Part shown: positions 26,001 through 39,900 of the stretch, piece after piece
Layout of the letters: each line of letters opens with the position of its first letter
Position numbering within the stretch: the first letter of the stretch is position 1
Assembly (NCBI RefSeq): GCF_009914755.1
Contig: NC_060939.1
Strand: one strand, 5' to 3'
DNA from: the human T2T-CHM13v2.0 reference genome, Homo sapiens
Length of the DNA: 64,000 nt
The notes under the pieces: model-generated
Told to the model about the DNA's origin: nothing
The model's input: only the letters and a program-made list of their open reading frames with translations
The model's database searches: none
Made by a program: the position numbers and the translations under genes

Positions 26001-29000
26001 ATTCGAGTCTATTCTCTTCCGTTCCATTCGATTTCGTTCCAATAAATTCGATTCCATTCCATTCGATTCCATTCCATTCGAATCAATTACATAGCAATCC
26101 ATTACATTCGAGTCTATTCTCTTCCGTTCCATTCGATTTCGTTCCAATCCATTCGATTCCATTCCATTCGATTCCATTCCATACTATTGCATTCCATTCG
26201 ATTACATTATATTCGAATAAGTTCCATTCAAGACCATTTCTTTTGAGTCCATTCTATTTGAGTCCTTTCCCTTTGATTCCATAACATTTGAGTCCATTCA
26301 ATTCCATTCCTTTCGTTTCCATTCCATTTGATGCCATTCCATTCAATTCTGTTCTACTCGACTCCAATACATTCAATTCCATTCCATCCGATTCCATTAC
26401 ATTCTTTTCATTTCTTATCCATTTCAAGCCATTCCACTCCATTCCATTCCACTCGTTTCCTTTCCATTCGAGTCCATTCCTCTCCAGTCCATTCCGTTCA
26501 ATCCATTCCATTCCAGTCCATTCCATTCGAGTCCGTTCCATTCCAGTCCATTCCATTCGAGTCAATTCCATTCCATTCGATGTCTTTCCATAACGATCCA
26601 TTCCATTCTATTCCTTTCGATTCCATTCCATTCTATTTCATTCCATTCGATTCCCTTCCATTGGACTCCTTTCCATTCGAGTGCATTCCATTCCGTTCCA
26701 TTTCTTTCCGTTCTGTACGATTCCTACCGTTCGATTTCAGTTTGTTCCAGTCCATTCCTTTCGCGTCCATTCCATTCCATTTCACTACATTCGATTCCAT
26801 TCCATTCGATTCCATTCTACTCGATTCCACTTCGTTCCATTTCATTGCATTCCATTCTATTCAACTCTATTGCCTTCCATTCCATTCCATTCGATTACAT
26901 TCCATGCGATTCCATTCGATATCGAATCAATTACATTGCAATCCATTACTATTGAGTCCGTTTTATTCCAGTCCACTGCATTCTGGTCCATTCCATTTGA
27001 TTCCATTCCATTCTATTCCATTCCATGCAGTTGCATTCCATTGGATTCCATGCTATATCTATAAATTCAATTCGAGACCATTGCTTTTGAGTCCATTCTA
27101 TATGATTCCATTCCATTCAAGTCCATTACATTTGGTTCAATTCCATTCCATTCCATTCCCTTCCATTCCATTCCATTTGATATCAATCCATTCGATTCCA
27201 TTCCATTCGAGCACATTCCATTCGAGTCCATTCCATTCGATGCCATTCCATTTGATTCTATTCCATTAGTCTCCATTCAATTCCATTAATCTCCATTCCA
27301 TTCCATTCTACTCCAACTGATTCCATTCCATTCTATTCCTTTCCATTCCATTTCATTCCATTCCATTCCATTTCATTCCATTCCATTCCATTCGTGTCCA
27401 TTCCACTCCAGTCCATTCCATTCGTGTCCATTCCATTCCAGTCCATTCCATTTGTGTCCACTGCATTCCATTCCACTCCATTCCATATTATTCCATTACA
27501 CTCCATTCCATTCTATTACTTTCATTTCCATTCAATTCCATTCCATTTGATTCCATTCCACTCGGTTTCATTCCATTTGAGTCCACTCCATTCCATTCCA
27601 TTCCATTCCATTCAGTTCCATTCCATTCTGTTCCATTCCATTCCGTTCCATTACATTCCATTCCATTCGGTACCATTCCATATTGTTCCATTCGATTCCA
27701 TTCGAATCCATTCCATTCCAGTCCATTCCATTCGATTCCATTCCATTCATTTCAATTCCATTCCATTCCATTCCATTACATTCCACTTGATTCCTCTCCA
27801 TTCCCTTCCACTGCATTCCGTTCGATTCCATTCCATTGCATTGCATTCCATTCCATTGGATTGCATTCCTTTCGATTCCATTCCATTCGAATCAATTACA
27901 TAGCAATCCATTACATTCGAGTCTATTCTCTTCCGTTCCATTCGATTTCGTTCCAATCCATTCGATTCCATTCCATTCGATTCCATTCCATACTATTGCA
28001 TTCCATTCGATTACATTATATTCGAATAAGTTCCATTCAAGACCATTTCTTTTGAGTCCATTCTATTTGAGTCCATTCCCTTTGATTCCATAATATTTGA
28101 GTCCATTCATTTCCATTCCTTTCGTTTCCATTCCATTTGATGCCATTCCATTCAATTCTGTTCTACTCGACTCCAATACATTCAATTCCATTCCATCCGA
28201 TTCCATTACATTCTTTTCATTTCTTATCCATTTCAAGCCATTCCACTCCATTCCATTCCACTCGTTTCCTTTCCATTCGAGTCCATTCCTCTCCAGTCCA
28301 TTCCGTTCAATCCATTCCATTCCAGTCCATTCCATTCGAGTCCGTTCCATTCCAGTCCATTCCATTCGAGTCAATTCCATCCCATTCGATGTCTTTCCAT
28401 AACGATCCATTCCATTCTATTCCTTTCGATTCCATTCCATTCTATTTCATTCCATTCGATTCCCTTCCATTGGACTCCTTTCCATTCGAGTGCATTCCAT
28501 TCCGTTCCATTTCTTACCATTCTGTACGATTCCTACCGTTCGATTTCATTTTGTTCCAGTCCATTCCTTTCGCGTCCATTCCATTCCATTTCAGTCCATT
28601 CGATTCCATTCCACTCGATTCCACTTCGTTCCATTTCATTGCATTCCATTCTATTCAACTCTATTGCCTTCCATTCCATTCCATTCGATTACATTCCATG
28701 CGATTCCATTCGAAATCGAATCAATTACATTGCAATCCATTACTATTGAGTCCGTTTTATTCCAGTCCACTGCATTCTGGTCCATTCCATTTGATTCCAT
28801 TCCATTCTATTCCATTCCATACAGTTGCATTCCATTGGATTCCATGCTATATCTATAAATTCAATTCGAGACCATTGCTTTTGAGTCCATTCTATATGAT
28901 TCCATTCCATTCAAGTCCATTACATTTGGTTCAATTCCATTCCATTCCATTCCCTTCCATTCCATTCCATTTGATATCAATCCATTCGATTCCATTCCAT

Positions 29001-30933
29001 TCGAGCACATTCCATTCGAGTCCATTCCATTCGATGCCATTCCATTTGATTCTATTCCATTAGTCTCCATTCAATTCCATTAATCTCCATTCCATTCCAT
29101 TCTACTCCAACTGATTCCATTCCATTCTATTCCTTTCCATTCCATTTCATTCCATTCCATTCCATTTCATTCCATTCCATTCCATTCCATTCCATTCCAT
29201 TCGCTTCCATTCCATTCGTGTCCATTCCATTCCAGTCCATTCCATTTGTGTCCACTGCATTCCATTCCACTCCATTCCATATTATTCCATTACACTCCAT
29301 TCCATTCTATTACTTTCATTTCCATTCAATTCCATTCCATTTGATTCCATTCCACTCGGTTTCATTCCATTTGAGTCCACTCCATTCCATTCCATTCCAT
29401 TCCATTCAGTTCCATTCCATTCTGTTCCATTCCATTCCGTTCCATTACATTCCATTCCATTCGGTACCATTCCATATTGTTCCATTCGATTCCATTCGAA
29501 TCCATTCCATTCCAGTCCATTCCATTCGATTCCGTTCCATTCATTTCAATTCCATTCCATTCCATTCCATTACATTCCACTTGATTCCTCTCCATTCCCT
29601 TCCACTGCATTCCGTTCGATTCCATTCCATTGCATTGCATTCCATTCCATTGGATTGCATTCCATTCGATTCCATTCCATTCGAATCAATTACATAGCAA
29701 TCCATTACATTCGAGTCTATTCTCTTCCGTTCCATTCGATTTCGTTCCAATCCATTCGATTCCATTCCATTCGATTCCATTCCATACTATTGCATTCCAT
29801 TCGATTACATTATATTCGAATAAGTTCCATTCAAGACCATTTCTTTTGAGTCCATTCTATTTGAGTCCATTCCCTTTGATTCCATAACATTTGAGTCCAT
29901 TCAATTCCATTCCTTTCGTTTCCATTCCATTTGATGCCATTCCATTCAATTCTGTTCTACTCGACTCCAATACATTCAATTCCATTCCATCCGATTCCAT
30001 TACATTCTTTTCATTTCTTATCCATTTCAAGCCATTCCACTCCATTCCATTCCACTCGTTTCCTTTCCATTCGAGTCCATTCCTCTCCAGTCCATTCCGT
30101 TCAATCCATTCCATTCCAGTCCATTCCATTCGAGTCCGTTCCATTCCAGAACATTCCATTCGAGTCAATTCCATTCCATTCGATGTCTTTCCATAACGAT
30201 CCATTCCATTCTATTCCTTTCGATTCCATTCCATTCTATTTCATTCCATTCGATTCCCTTCCATTGGACTCCTTTCCATTCGAGTGCATTCCATTCCGTT
30301 CCATTTCTTTCCGTTCTGTACGATTCCTACCGTTCGATTTCATTTTGTTCCAGTCCATTCCTTTCGCGTCCATTCCATTCCATTTCACTCCATTCGATTC
30401 CATTCCACTCGATTCCACTTCGTTCCATTTCATTGCATTCCATTCTATTCAACTCTATTGCCTTCCATTCCATTCCATTCCATTACATTCCATGCGATTC
30501 CATTCGAAATCGAATCAATTACATTGCAATCCATTACAATTGAGTCCGTTTTATTCCAGTCCACTGCATTCTGGTCCATTCCATTTGATTCCATTCCATT
30601 CTATTCCATTCCATACAGTTGCATTCCTTTGGATTCCATGCTATATCTATAAATTCAATTCGAGACCATTGCTTTTGAGTCCATTCTATATGATTCCATT
30701 CCACTCAAGTCCATTACATTTGGTTCAATTCCATTCCATTCCATTCCCTTCCATTCCATTCCAGTTGATATCAATCCATTCGATTCCATTCCATTCGAGC
30801 ACATTCCATTCGAGTCCATTCCATTCGATGCCATTCCATTTGATTCTATTCCATTAGTCTCCATTCAATTCCATTAATCTCCATTCCATTCCATTCTACT
30901 CCAACTGATTCCATTCCATTCTATTCCTTTCCA
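20065..30933 (+). repeat. Block A' (about 10,869 bp): copy of block A with one extra 1,809 bp monomer; ends approximate
   Basis: Offset to block A is 9,065/9,060 up to about 26.7 kb, then 10,869: TTCAGTCC ~17721/28590, CCAGAACATT ~19277/30146, CCACTCAAG ~19832/30701. 9,060+1,809=10,869. Confidence 0.85.
25973..26182 (+). repeat. Second copy of the 105 bp tandem duplication (1,894 bp monomer)
   Basis: Same structure and same AATAAA variant (26041), offset +9,060 from the first. Confidence 0.93.
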
Positions 30934-33900
30934 TTCCATTTCATTCCATTCCATTCCATTTCATTCCATTCCATTCCATTCCATTCCATTCGCTTCCATT
31001 CCATTCGTGTCCATTCCATTCCAGTCCATTCCATTTGTGTCCACTGCATTCCATTCCACTCCATTCCATATTATTCCATTACACTCCATTCCATTCTATT
31101 ACTTTCATTTCCATTCAATTCCATTCCATTTGATTCCATTCCACTCGGTTTCATTCCATTTGAGTCCACTCCATTCCATTCCATTCCATTCCATTCAGTT
31201 CCATTCCATTCTGTTCCATTCCATTCCGTTCCATTACATTCCATTCCATTCGGTACCATTCCATATTGTTCCATTCGATTCCATTCGAATCCATTCCATT
31301 CCAGTCCATTCCATTCGATTCCATTCCATTCATTTCAATTCCATTCCATTCCATTCCATTACATTCCACTTGATTCCTCTCCATTCCCTTCCACTGCATT
31401 CCGTTCGATTCCATTCCATTGCATTGCATTCCATTCCATTGGACTGCATTCCATTCGATTCCATTCCATTCGAATCAATTACATAGCAATCCATTACATT
31501 CGAGTCTATTCTCTTCCGTTCCATTCGATTTCGTTCCAATCCATTCGATTCCATTCCATTCGATTCCATTCCATACTATTGCATTCCATTCGATTACATT
31601 ATATTCGAATAAGTTCCACTCAAGACCATTTCTTTTGAGTCCATTCTATTTGAGTCCATTCCCTTTGATTCCATAACATTTGAGTCCATTCAATTCCATT
31701 CCTTTCGTTTCCATTCCATTTGATGCCATTCCATTCAATTCTGTTCTACTCGACTCCAATACATTCAATTCCATTCCATCCGATTCCATTACATTCTTTT
31801 CATTTCTTATCCATTTCAAGCCATTCCACTCCATTCCATTCCACTCGTTTCCTTTCCATTCGAGTCCATTCCTCTCCAGTCCATTCCGTTCAATCCATTC
31901 CATTCCAGTCCATTCCATTCGAGTCCGTTCCATTCCAGTCCATTCCATTCGAGTCAATTCCATCCCATTCGATGTCTTTCCATAACGATCCATTCCATTC
32001 TATTCCTTTCGATTCCATTCCATTCTATTTCATTCCATTCGATTCCCTTCCATTGGACTCCTTTCCATTCGAGTGCATTCCATTCCGTTCCATTTCTTTC
32101 CGTTCTGTACGATTCCTACCGTTCGATTTCATTTTGTTCCAGTCCATTCCTTTCGCGTCCATTCCATTCCATTTCACTCCATTCGATTCCATTCCACTCG
32201 ATTCCACTTCGTTCCATTTCATTGCATTCCATTCTATTCAACTCTATTGCCTTCCATTCCATTCCATTCGATTACATTCCATGCGATTCCATTCGAAATC
32301 GAATCAATTACATTGCAATCCATTACTATTGAGTCCATTTTATTCCAGTCCACTGCATTCTGGTCCATTCCATTTGATTCCATTCCATTCTATTCCATTC
32401 CATACAGTTGCATTCCATTGGATTCCATTCTATATGTATAAATTCAATTCGAGACCATTGCTTTTGAGTCCATTCTATATGATTCCATTCCATTCAAGTC
32501 CATTACATTTGGTTCAATTCCATTCCATTTCATTCCCTTCCGTTCCATTCCAGTTGATATCAATCCAATCGATTCCATTCCATTCGAGCACATTCCATTC
32601 GAGTCCATTCCATTCGATGCCATTCCATTTGATTCTATTCCATTAGTCTCCATTCAATTCCATTAATCTCCATTCCATTCCATTCTACTCCAACTGATTC
32701 CATTCCATTCTATTCCTTTCCATTCCATTTCATTCCATTCCATTCCATTTCATTCCATTCCATTCCATTCCATTCCATTCGCTTCCATTCCATTCGTGTC
32801 CATTCCATTCCAGTCCATTCCATTTGTGTCCACTGCATTCCATTCCACTCCATTCCATATTATTCCATTACACTCCATTCCATTCTATTACTTTCATTTC
32901 CATTCAATTCCATTCCATTTGATTCCATTCCACTCGGTTTCATTCCATTTGAGTCCACTCCATTCCATTCCATTCCATTCCATTCAGTTCCATTCCATTC
33001 TGTTCCATTCCATTCCGTTCCATTACATTCCATTCCATTCGGTACCATTCCATATTGTTCCATTCGATTCCATTCGAATCCATTCCATTCCAGTCCATTC
33101 CATTCGATTCCATTCCATTCATTTCAATTCCATTCCATTCCATTCCATTCCATTCCACTTGATTCCTCTCCATTCCCTTCCACTGCATTCCGTTCGATTC
33201 CATTCCATTGCATTGCATTCCATTCCATTGGATTGCATTCCATTCGATTCCATTCCATTCGAATCAATTACATAGCAATCCATTACATTCGAGTCTATTC
33301 TCTTCCGTTCCATTCGATTTCGTTCCAATCCATTCGATTCCATTCCATTCGATTCCATTCCATACTATTGCATTCCATTCGATTACATTATATTCGAATA
33401 AGTTCCATTCAAGACCATTTCTTTTGAGTCCATTCTATTTGAGTCCATTCCCTTTGATTCCATAACATTTGAGTCCATTCAATTCCATTCCTTTCGTTTC
33501 CATTCCATTTGATGCCATTCCATTCAATTCTGTTCTACTCGACTCCAATACATTCAATTCCATTCCATCCGATTCCATTACATTCTTTTCATTTCTTATC
33601 CATTTCAAGCCATTCCACTCCATTCCATTCCACTCGTTTCCTTTCCATTCGAGTCCATTCCTCTCCAGTCCATTCCGTTCAATCCATTCCATTCCAGTCC
33701 ATTCCATTCGAGTCCGTTCCATTCCAGTCCATTCCATTCGAGTCAATTCCATTCCATTCGATGTCTTTCCATAACGATCCATTCCATTATATTCCTTTCG
33801 ATTCCATTCCATTCTATTTCATTCCATTCGATTCCCTTCCATTGGACTCCTTTCCATTCGAGTGCATTCCATTCCTTTCCATTTCTTTCCGTTCTGTAGG

Positions 33901-36900
33901 ATTCCTACCATTCGATTTCATTTTGTTCCAGTCCATTCCTTTCGCGCCCATTCCATTCCATTTCACTCCATTCGATTCCATTCCACTCGATTCCACTTCG
34001 TTCCATTTCATTGCATTCCATTCTATTCAACTCTATTGCCTTCCATTCCATTCCATTCGATTACATTCCATGCGATTCCATTCGAAATCGAATCAATTAC
34101 ATTGCAATCCATTACTATTGAGTCCGTTTTATTCCAGTCCACTGCATTCTGGTCCATTCCATTTGATTCCATTCCATTCTATTCCATTCCATACAGTTGC
34201 ATTCCATTGGATTCCATGCTATATCTATAAATTCAATTCGAGACCATTGCTTTTGAGTCCATTCTATATGATTCCATTCCATTCAAGTCCATTACATTTG
34301 GTTCAATTCCATTCCATTCCATTCCCTTCCATTCCATTCCATTTGATATCAATCCATTCGATTCCATTCCATTCGAGCACATTCCATTCCACTCCATTCC
34401 ATTCGAGTCCATTCCATTCGATGCCATTCCATTTGATTCTATTCCATTAGTCTCCATTCAATTCCATTAATCTCCATTCCATTCCATTCTACTCCAACTG
34501 ATTCCATTCCATTCTATTCCTTTCCATTCCATTCCATTCCATTCCATTCCATTTCATTCCATTCCATTCCATTCGTGTCCATTCCACTCCAGTCCATTCC
34601 ATTCGTGTCCATTCCATTCCAGTCCATTCCATTTGTGTCCACTGCATTCCATTCCACTCCATTCCATATTATTCCATTACACTCCATTCCATTCTATTAC
34701 TTTCATTTCCATTCAATTCCATTCCATTTGATTCCATTCCACTCGGTTTCATTCCATTTGAGTCCACTCCATTCCATTCCATTCCATTCCATTCAGTTCC
34801 ATTCCATTCTGTTCCATTCCATTCCGTTCCATTACATTCCATTCCATTCGGTACCATTCCATATTGTTCCATTCGATTCCATTCGAATCCATTCCATTCC
34901 AGTCCATTCCATTCGATTCCATTCCATTCATTTCAATTCCATTCCATTCCATTCCATTCCATTCCACTTGATTCCTCTCCATTCCCTTCCACTGCATTCC
35001 GTTCGATTCCATTCCATTGCATTGCATTCCATTCCATTGGATTGCATTCCATTCGATTCCATTCCATTCGAATCAATTACATAGCAATCCATTACATTCG
35101 AGTCTATTCTCTTCCGTTCCATTCGATTTCGTTCCAATCCATTCGATTCCATTCCATTCGATTCCATTCCATACTATTGCATTCCATTCGATTGCATTAT
35201 ATTCGAATAAGTTCCATTCAAGACCATTTCTTTTGAGTCCATTCTATTTGAGTCCATTCCCTTTGATTCCATAACATTTGAGTCCATTCAATTCCATTCC
35301 TTTCGTTTCCATTCCATTTGATGCCATTCCATTCAATTCTGTTCTACTCGACTCCAATACATTCAATTCCATTCCATCCGATTCCATTACATTCTTTTCA
35401 TTTCTTATCCATTTCAAGCCATTCCACTCCATTCCATTCCACTCGTTTCCTTTCCATTCGAGTCCATTCCTCTCCAGTCCATTCCGTTCAATCCATTCCA
35501 TTCCAGTCCATTCCATTCGAGTCCGTTCCATTCCAGTCCATTCCATTCGAGTCAATTCCATTCCATTCGATGTCTTTCCATAACGATCCATTCCATTCTA
35601 TTCCTTTCGATTCCATTCCATTCTATTTCATTCCATTCGATTCCCTTCCATTGGACTCCTTTCCATTCGAGTGCATTCCATTCCTTTCCATTTCTTTCCG
35701 TTCTGTACGATTCCTACCGTTCGATTTCATTTTGTTCCAGTCCATTCCTTTCGCGTCCATTCCATTCCATTTGACTACATTCGATTCCATTCCATTCGAT
35801 TCCATTCTACTCGATTCCACTTCGTTCCATTTCATTGCATTCCATTCTATTCAACTCTATTGCCTTCCATTCCATTCCATTCGATTACATTCCATGCGAT
35901 TCCATTCGAAATCGAATCAATTACATTGCAATCCATTACTATTGAGTCCGTTTTATTCCAGTCCACTGCATTCTGGTCCATTCCATTTGATTCCATTCCA
36001 TTCTATTCCATTCCATGCAGTTGCATTCCATTGGATTCCATGCTATATCTATAAATTCAATTCGAGACCATTGCTTTTGAGTCCATTCTATATGATTCCA
36101 TTCCATTCAAGTCCATTACATTTGGTTCAATTCCATTCCATTCCATTCCCTTCCATTCCATTCCAGTTGATATCAATCCATTCGATTCCATTCCATTCGA
36201 GCACATTCCATTCGAGTCCATTCCATTCGATGCCATTCCATTTGATTCTATTCCATTAGTCTCCATTCAATTCCATTAATCTCCATTCCATTCCATTCTA
36301 CTCCAACTGATTCCATTCCATTCTATTCCTTTCCATTCCATTTCATTCCATTCCATTCTATTTCATTCCATTCCATTCCATTCGTGTCCATTCCACTCCA
36401 GTCCATTCCATTCGTGTCCATTCCATTCCAGTCCATTCCATTTGTGTCCACTGCATTCCATTCCACTCCATTCCATATTATTCCATTACACTCCATTCCA
36501 TTCTATTACTTTCATTTCCATTCAATTCCATTCCATTTGATTCCATTCCACTCGGTTTCATTCCATTTGAGTCCACTCCATTCCATTCCATTCCATTCCA
36601 TTCAGTTCCATTCCATTCTGTTCCATTCCATTCCGTTCCATTCCATTCCATTCCATTCGGTACCATTCCATATTGTTCCATTCGATTCCATTCGAATCCA
36701 TTCCATTCCAGTCCATTCCATTCGATTCCATTCCATTCATTTCAATTCCATTCCATTCCATTCCATTACATTCCACTTGATTCCTCTCCATTCCCTTCCA
36801 CTGCATTCCGTTCGATTCCATTCCATTGCATTGCATTCCATTCCATTGGATTGCATTCCATTCGATTCCATTCCATTCGAATCAATTACATAGCAATCCA

Positions 36901-36999
36901 TTACATTCGAGTCTATTCTCTTCCGTTCCATTCGATTTCGTTCCAATCCATTCGATTCCATTCCATTCGATTCCATTCCATACTATTGCATTCCGTTCG

Positions 37000-39900
37000 A
37001 TTACATTATATTCGAATAAGTTCCATTCAAGACCATTTCTTTTGAGTCCATTCTATTTGAGTCCATTCCCTTTGATTCCATAACATTTGAGTCCATTCAA
37101 TTCCATTCCTTTCGTTTCCATTCCATTTGATGCCATTCCATTCAATTCTGTTCTACTCGACTCCAATACATTCAATTCCATTCCATCCGATTCCATTACA
37201 TTCTTTTCATTTCTTATCCATTTCAAGCCATTCCACTCCATTCCATTCCACTCGTTTCCTTTCCATTCGAGTCCATTCCTCTCCAGTCCATTCCGTTCAA
37301 TCCATTCCATTCCAGTCCATTCCATTCGAGTCCGTTCCATTCCAGTCCATTCCATTCGAGTCAATTCCATTCCATTCGATGTCTTTCCATAACGATCCAT
37401 TCCATTCTATTCCTTTCGATTCCATTCCATTCTATTTCATTCCATTCGATTCCCTTCCATTGGACTCCTTTCCATTCGAGTGCATTCCATTCCGTTCCAT
37501 TTCTTTCCGTTCTGTACGATTCCTACCGTTCGATTTCATTTTGTTCAAGTCCATTCCTTTCGCGTCCATTCCATTCCATTTCACTACATTCGATTCCATT
37601 CCATTCGATTCCATTCTACTCGATTCCACTTCGTTCCATTTCATTGCATTCCATTCTATTCAACTCTATTGCCTTCCATTCCATTCCATTCGATTACATT
37701 CCATGCGATTCCATTCGAAATCGAATCAATTACATTGCAATCCATTACTATTGAGTCCGTTTTATTCCAGTCCACTGCATTCTGGTCCATTCCATTTGAT
37801 TCCATTCCATTCTATTCCATTCCATACAGTTGCATTCCATTGGATTCCATGCTATATCTATAAATTCAATTCGAGACCATTGCTTTTGAGTCCATTCTAT
37901 ATGATTCCATTCCATTCAAGTCCATTACATTTGGTTCAATTCCATTCCATTCCATTCCCTTCCATTCCATTCCATTTGATATCAATCCATTCGATTCCAT
38001 TCAATTCGAGCACATTCCATTCGAGTCCATTCCATTCGATGCCATTCCATTTGATTCTATTCCATTAGTCTCCATTCAATTCCATTAATCTCCATTCCAT
38101 TCCATTCTACTCCAACTGATTCCATTTCATTCTATTCCTTTCCATTCCATTTCATTCCATTCCATTCCATTCGTGTCCATTCCACTCCAGTCCATTCCAT
38201 TCGTGTCCATTCCATTCCAGTCCATTCCATTTGTGTCCACTGCATTCCATTCCACTCCATTCCATATTATTCCATTACACTCCATTCCATTCTATTACTT
38301 TCATTTCCATTCAATTCCATTCCATTTGATTCCATTCCACTCGGTTTCATTCCATTTGAGTCCACTCCATTCCATTCCATTCCATTCCATTCAGTTCCAT
38401 TCCATTCTGTTCCATTCCATTCCGTTCCATTACATTCCATTCCATTCGGTACCATTCCATATTGTTCCATTCGATTCCATTCGAATCCATTCCATTCCAG
38501 TCCATTCCATTCGATTCCATTCCATTCATTTCAATTCCATTCCATTCCATTCCATTCCATTCCACTTGATTCCTCTCCATTCCCTTCCACTGCATTCCGT
38601 TCGATTCCATTCCATTGCATTGCATTCCATTCCATTGGATTGCATTCCATTCGATTCCATTCCATTCGAATCAATTACATAGCAATCCATTACATTCGAG
38701 TCTATTCTCTTCCGTTCCATTCGATTTCGTTCCAATCCATTCGATTCCATTCCATTCGATTCCATTCCATACTATTGCATTCCATTCGATTACATTATAT
38801 TCGAATAAGTTCCATTCAAGACCATTTCTTTTGAGTCCATTCTATTTGAGTCCATTCCCTTTGATTCCATAATATTTGAGTCCATTCAATTCCATTCCTT
38901 TCGTTTCCATTCCATTTGATGCCATTCCATTCAATTCTGTTCTACTCGACTCCAATACATTCAATTCCATTCCATCCGATTCCATTACATTCTTTTCATT
39001 TCTTATCCATTTCAAGCCATTCCACTCCATTCCATTCCACTCGTTTCCTTTCCATTCGAGTCCATTCCTCTCCAGTCCATTCCGTTCAATCCATTCCATT
39101 CCAGTCCATTCCATTCGAGTCCGTTCCATTCCAGTCCATTCCATTCGAGTCAATTCCATTCCATTCGATGTCTTTCCATAACGATCCATTCCATTCTATT
39201 CCTTTCGATTCCATTCCATTCTATTTCATTCCATTCGATTCCCTTCCATTGGACTCCTTTCCATTCGAGTGCATTCCATTCCGTTCCATTTCTTTCCGTT
39301 CTGTACGATTCCTACCGTTCGATTTCATTTTGTTCCAGTCCATTCCTTTCGCGTCCATTCCATTCCATTTCACTCCATTCGATTCCATTCCACTCGATTC
39401 CACTTCGTTCCATTTCATTGCATTCCATTCTATTCAACTCTATTGCCTTCCATTCCATTCCATTCGATTACATTCCATGCGATTCCATTCGAAATCGAAT
39501 CAATTACATTGCAATCCATTACTATTGAGTCCGTTTTATTCCAGTCCACTGCATTCTGGTCCATTCCATTTGATTCCATTCCATTCTATTCCATTCCATA
39601 CAGTTGCATTCCATTGGATTCCATGCTATATCTATAAATTCAATTCGAGACCATTGCTTTTGAGTCCATTCTATATGATTCCATTCCATTCAAGTCCATT
39701 ACATTTGGTTCAATTCCATTCCATTCCATTCCCTTCCATTCCATTCCATTTGATATCAATCCATTCGATTCCATTCCATTCGAGCACATTCCATTCGAGT
39801 CCATTCCATTCGATGCCATTCCATGTGATTCTATTCCATTAGTCTCCATTCAATTCCATTAATCTCCATTCCATTCCATTCTACTCCAACTGATTCCATT

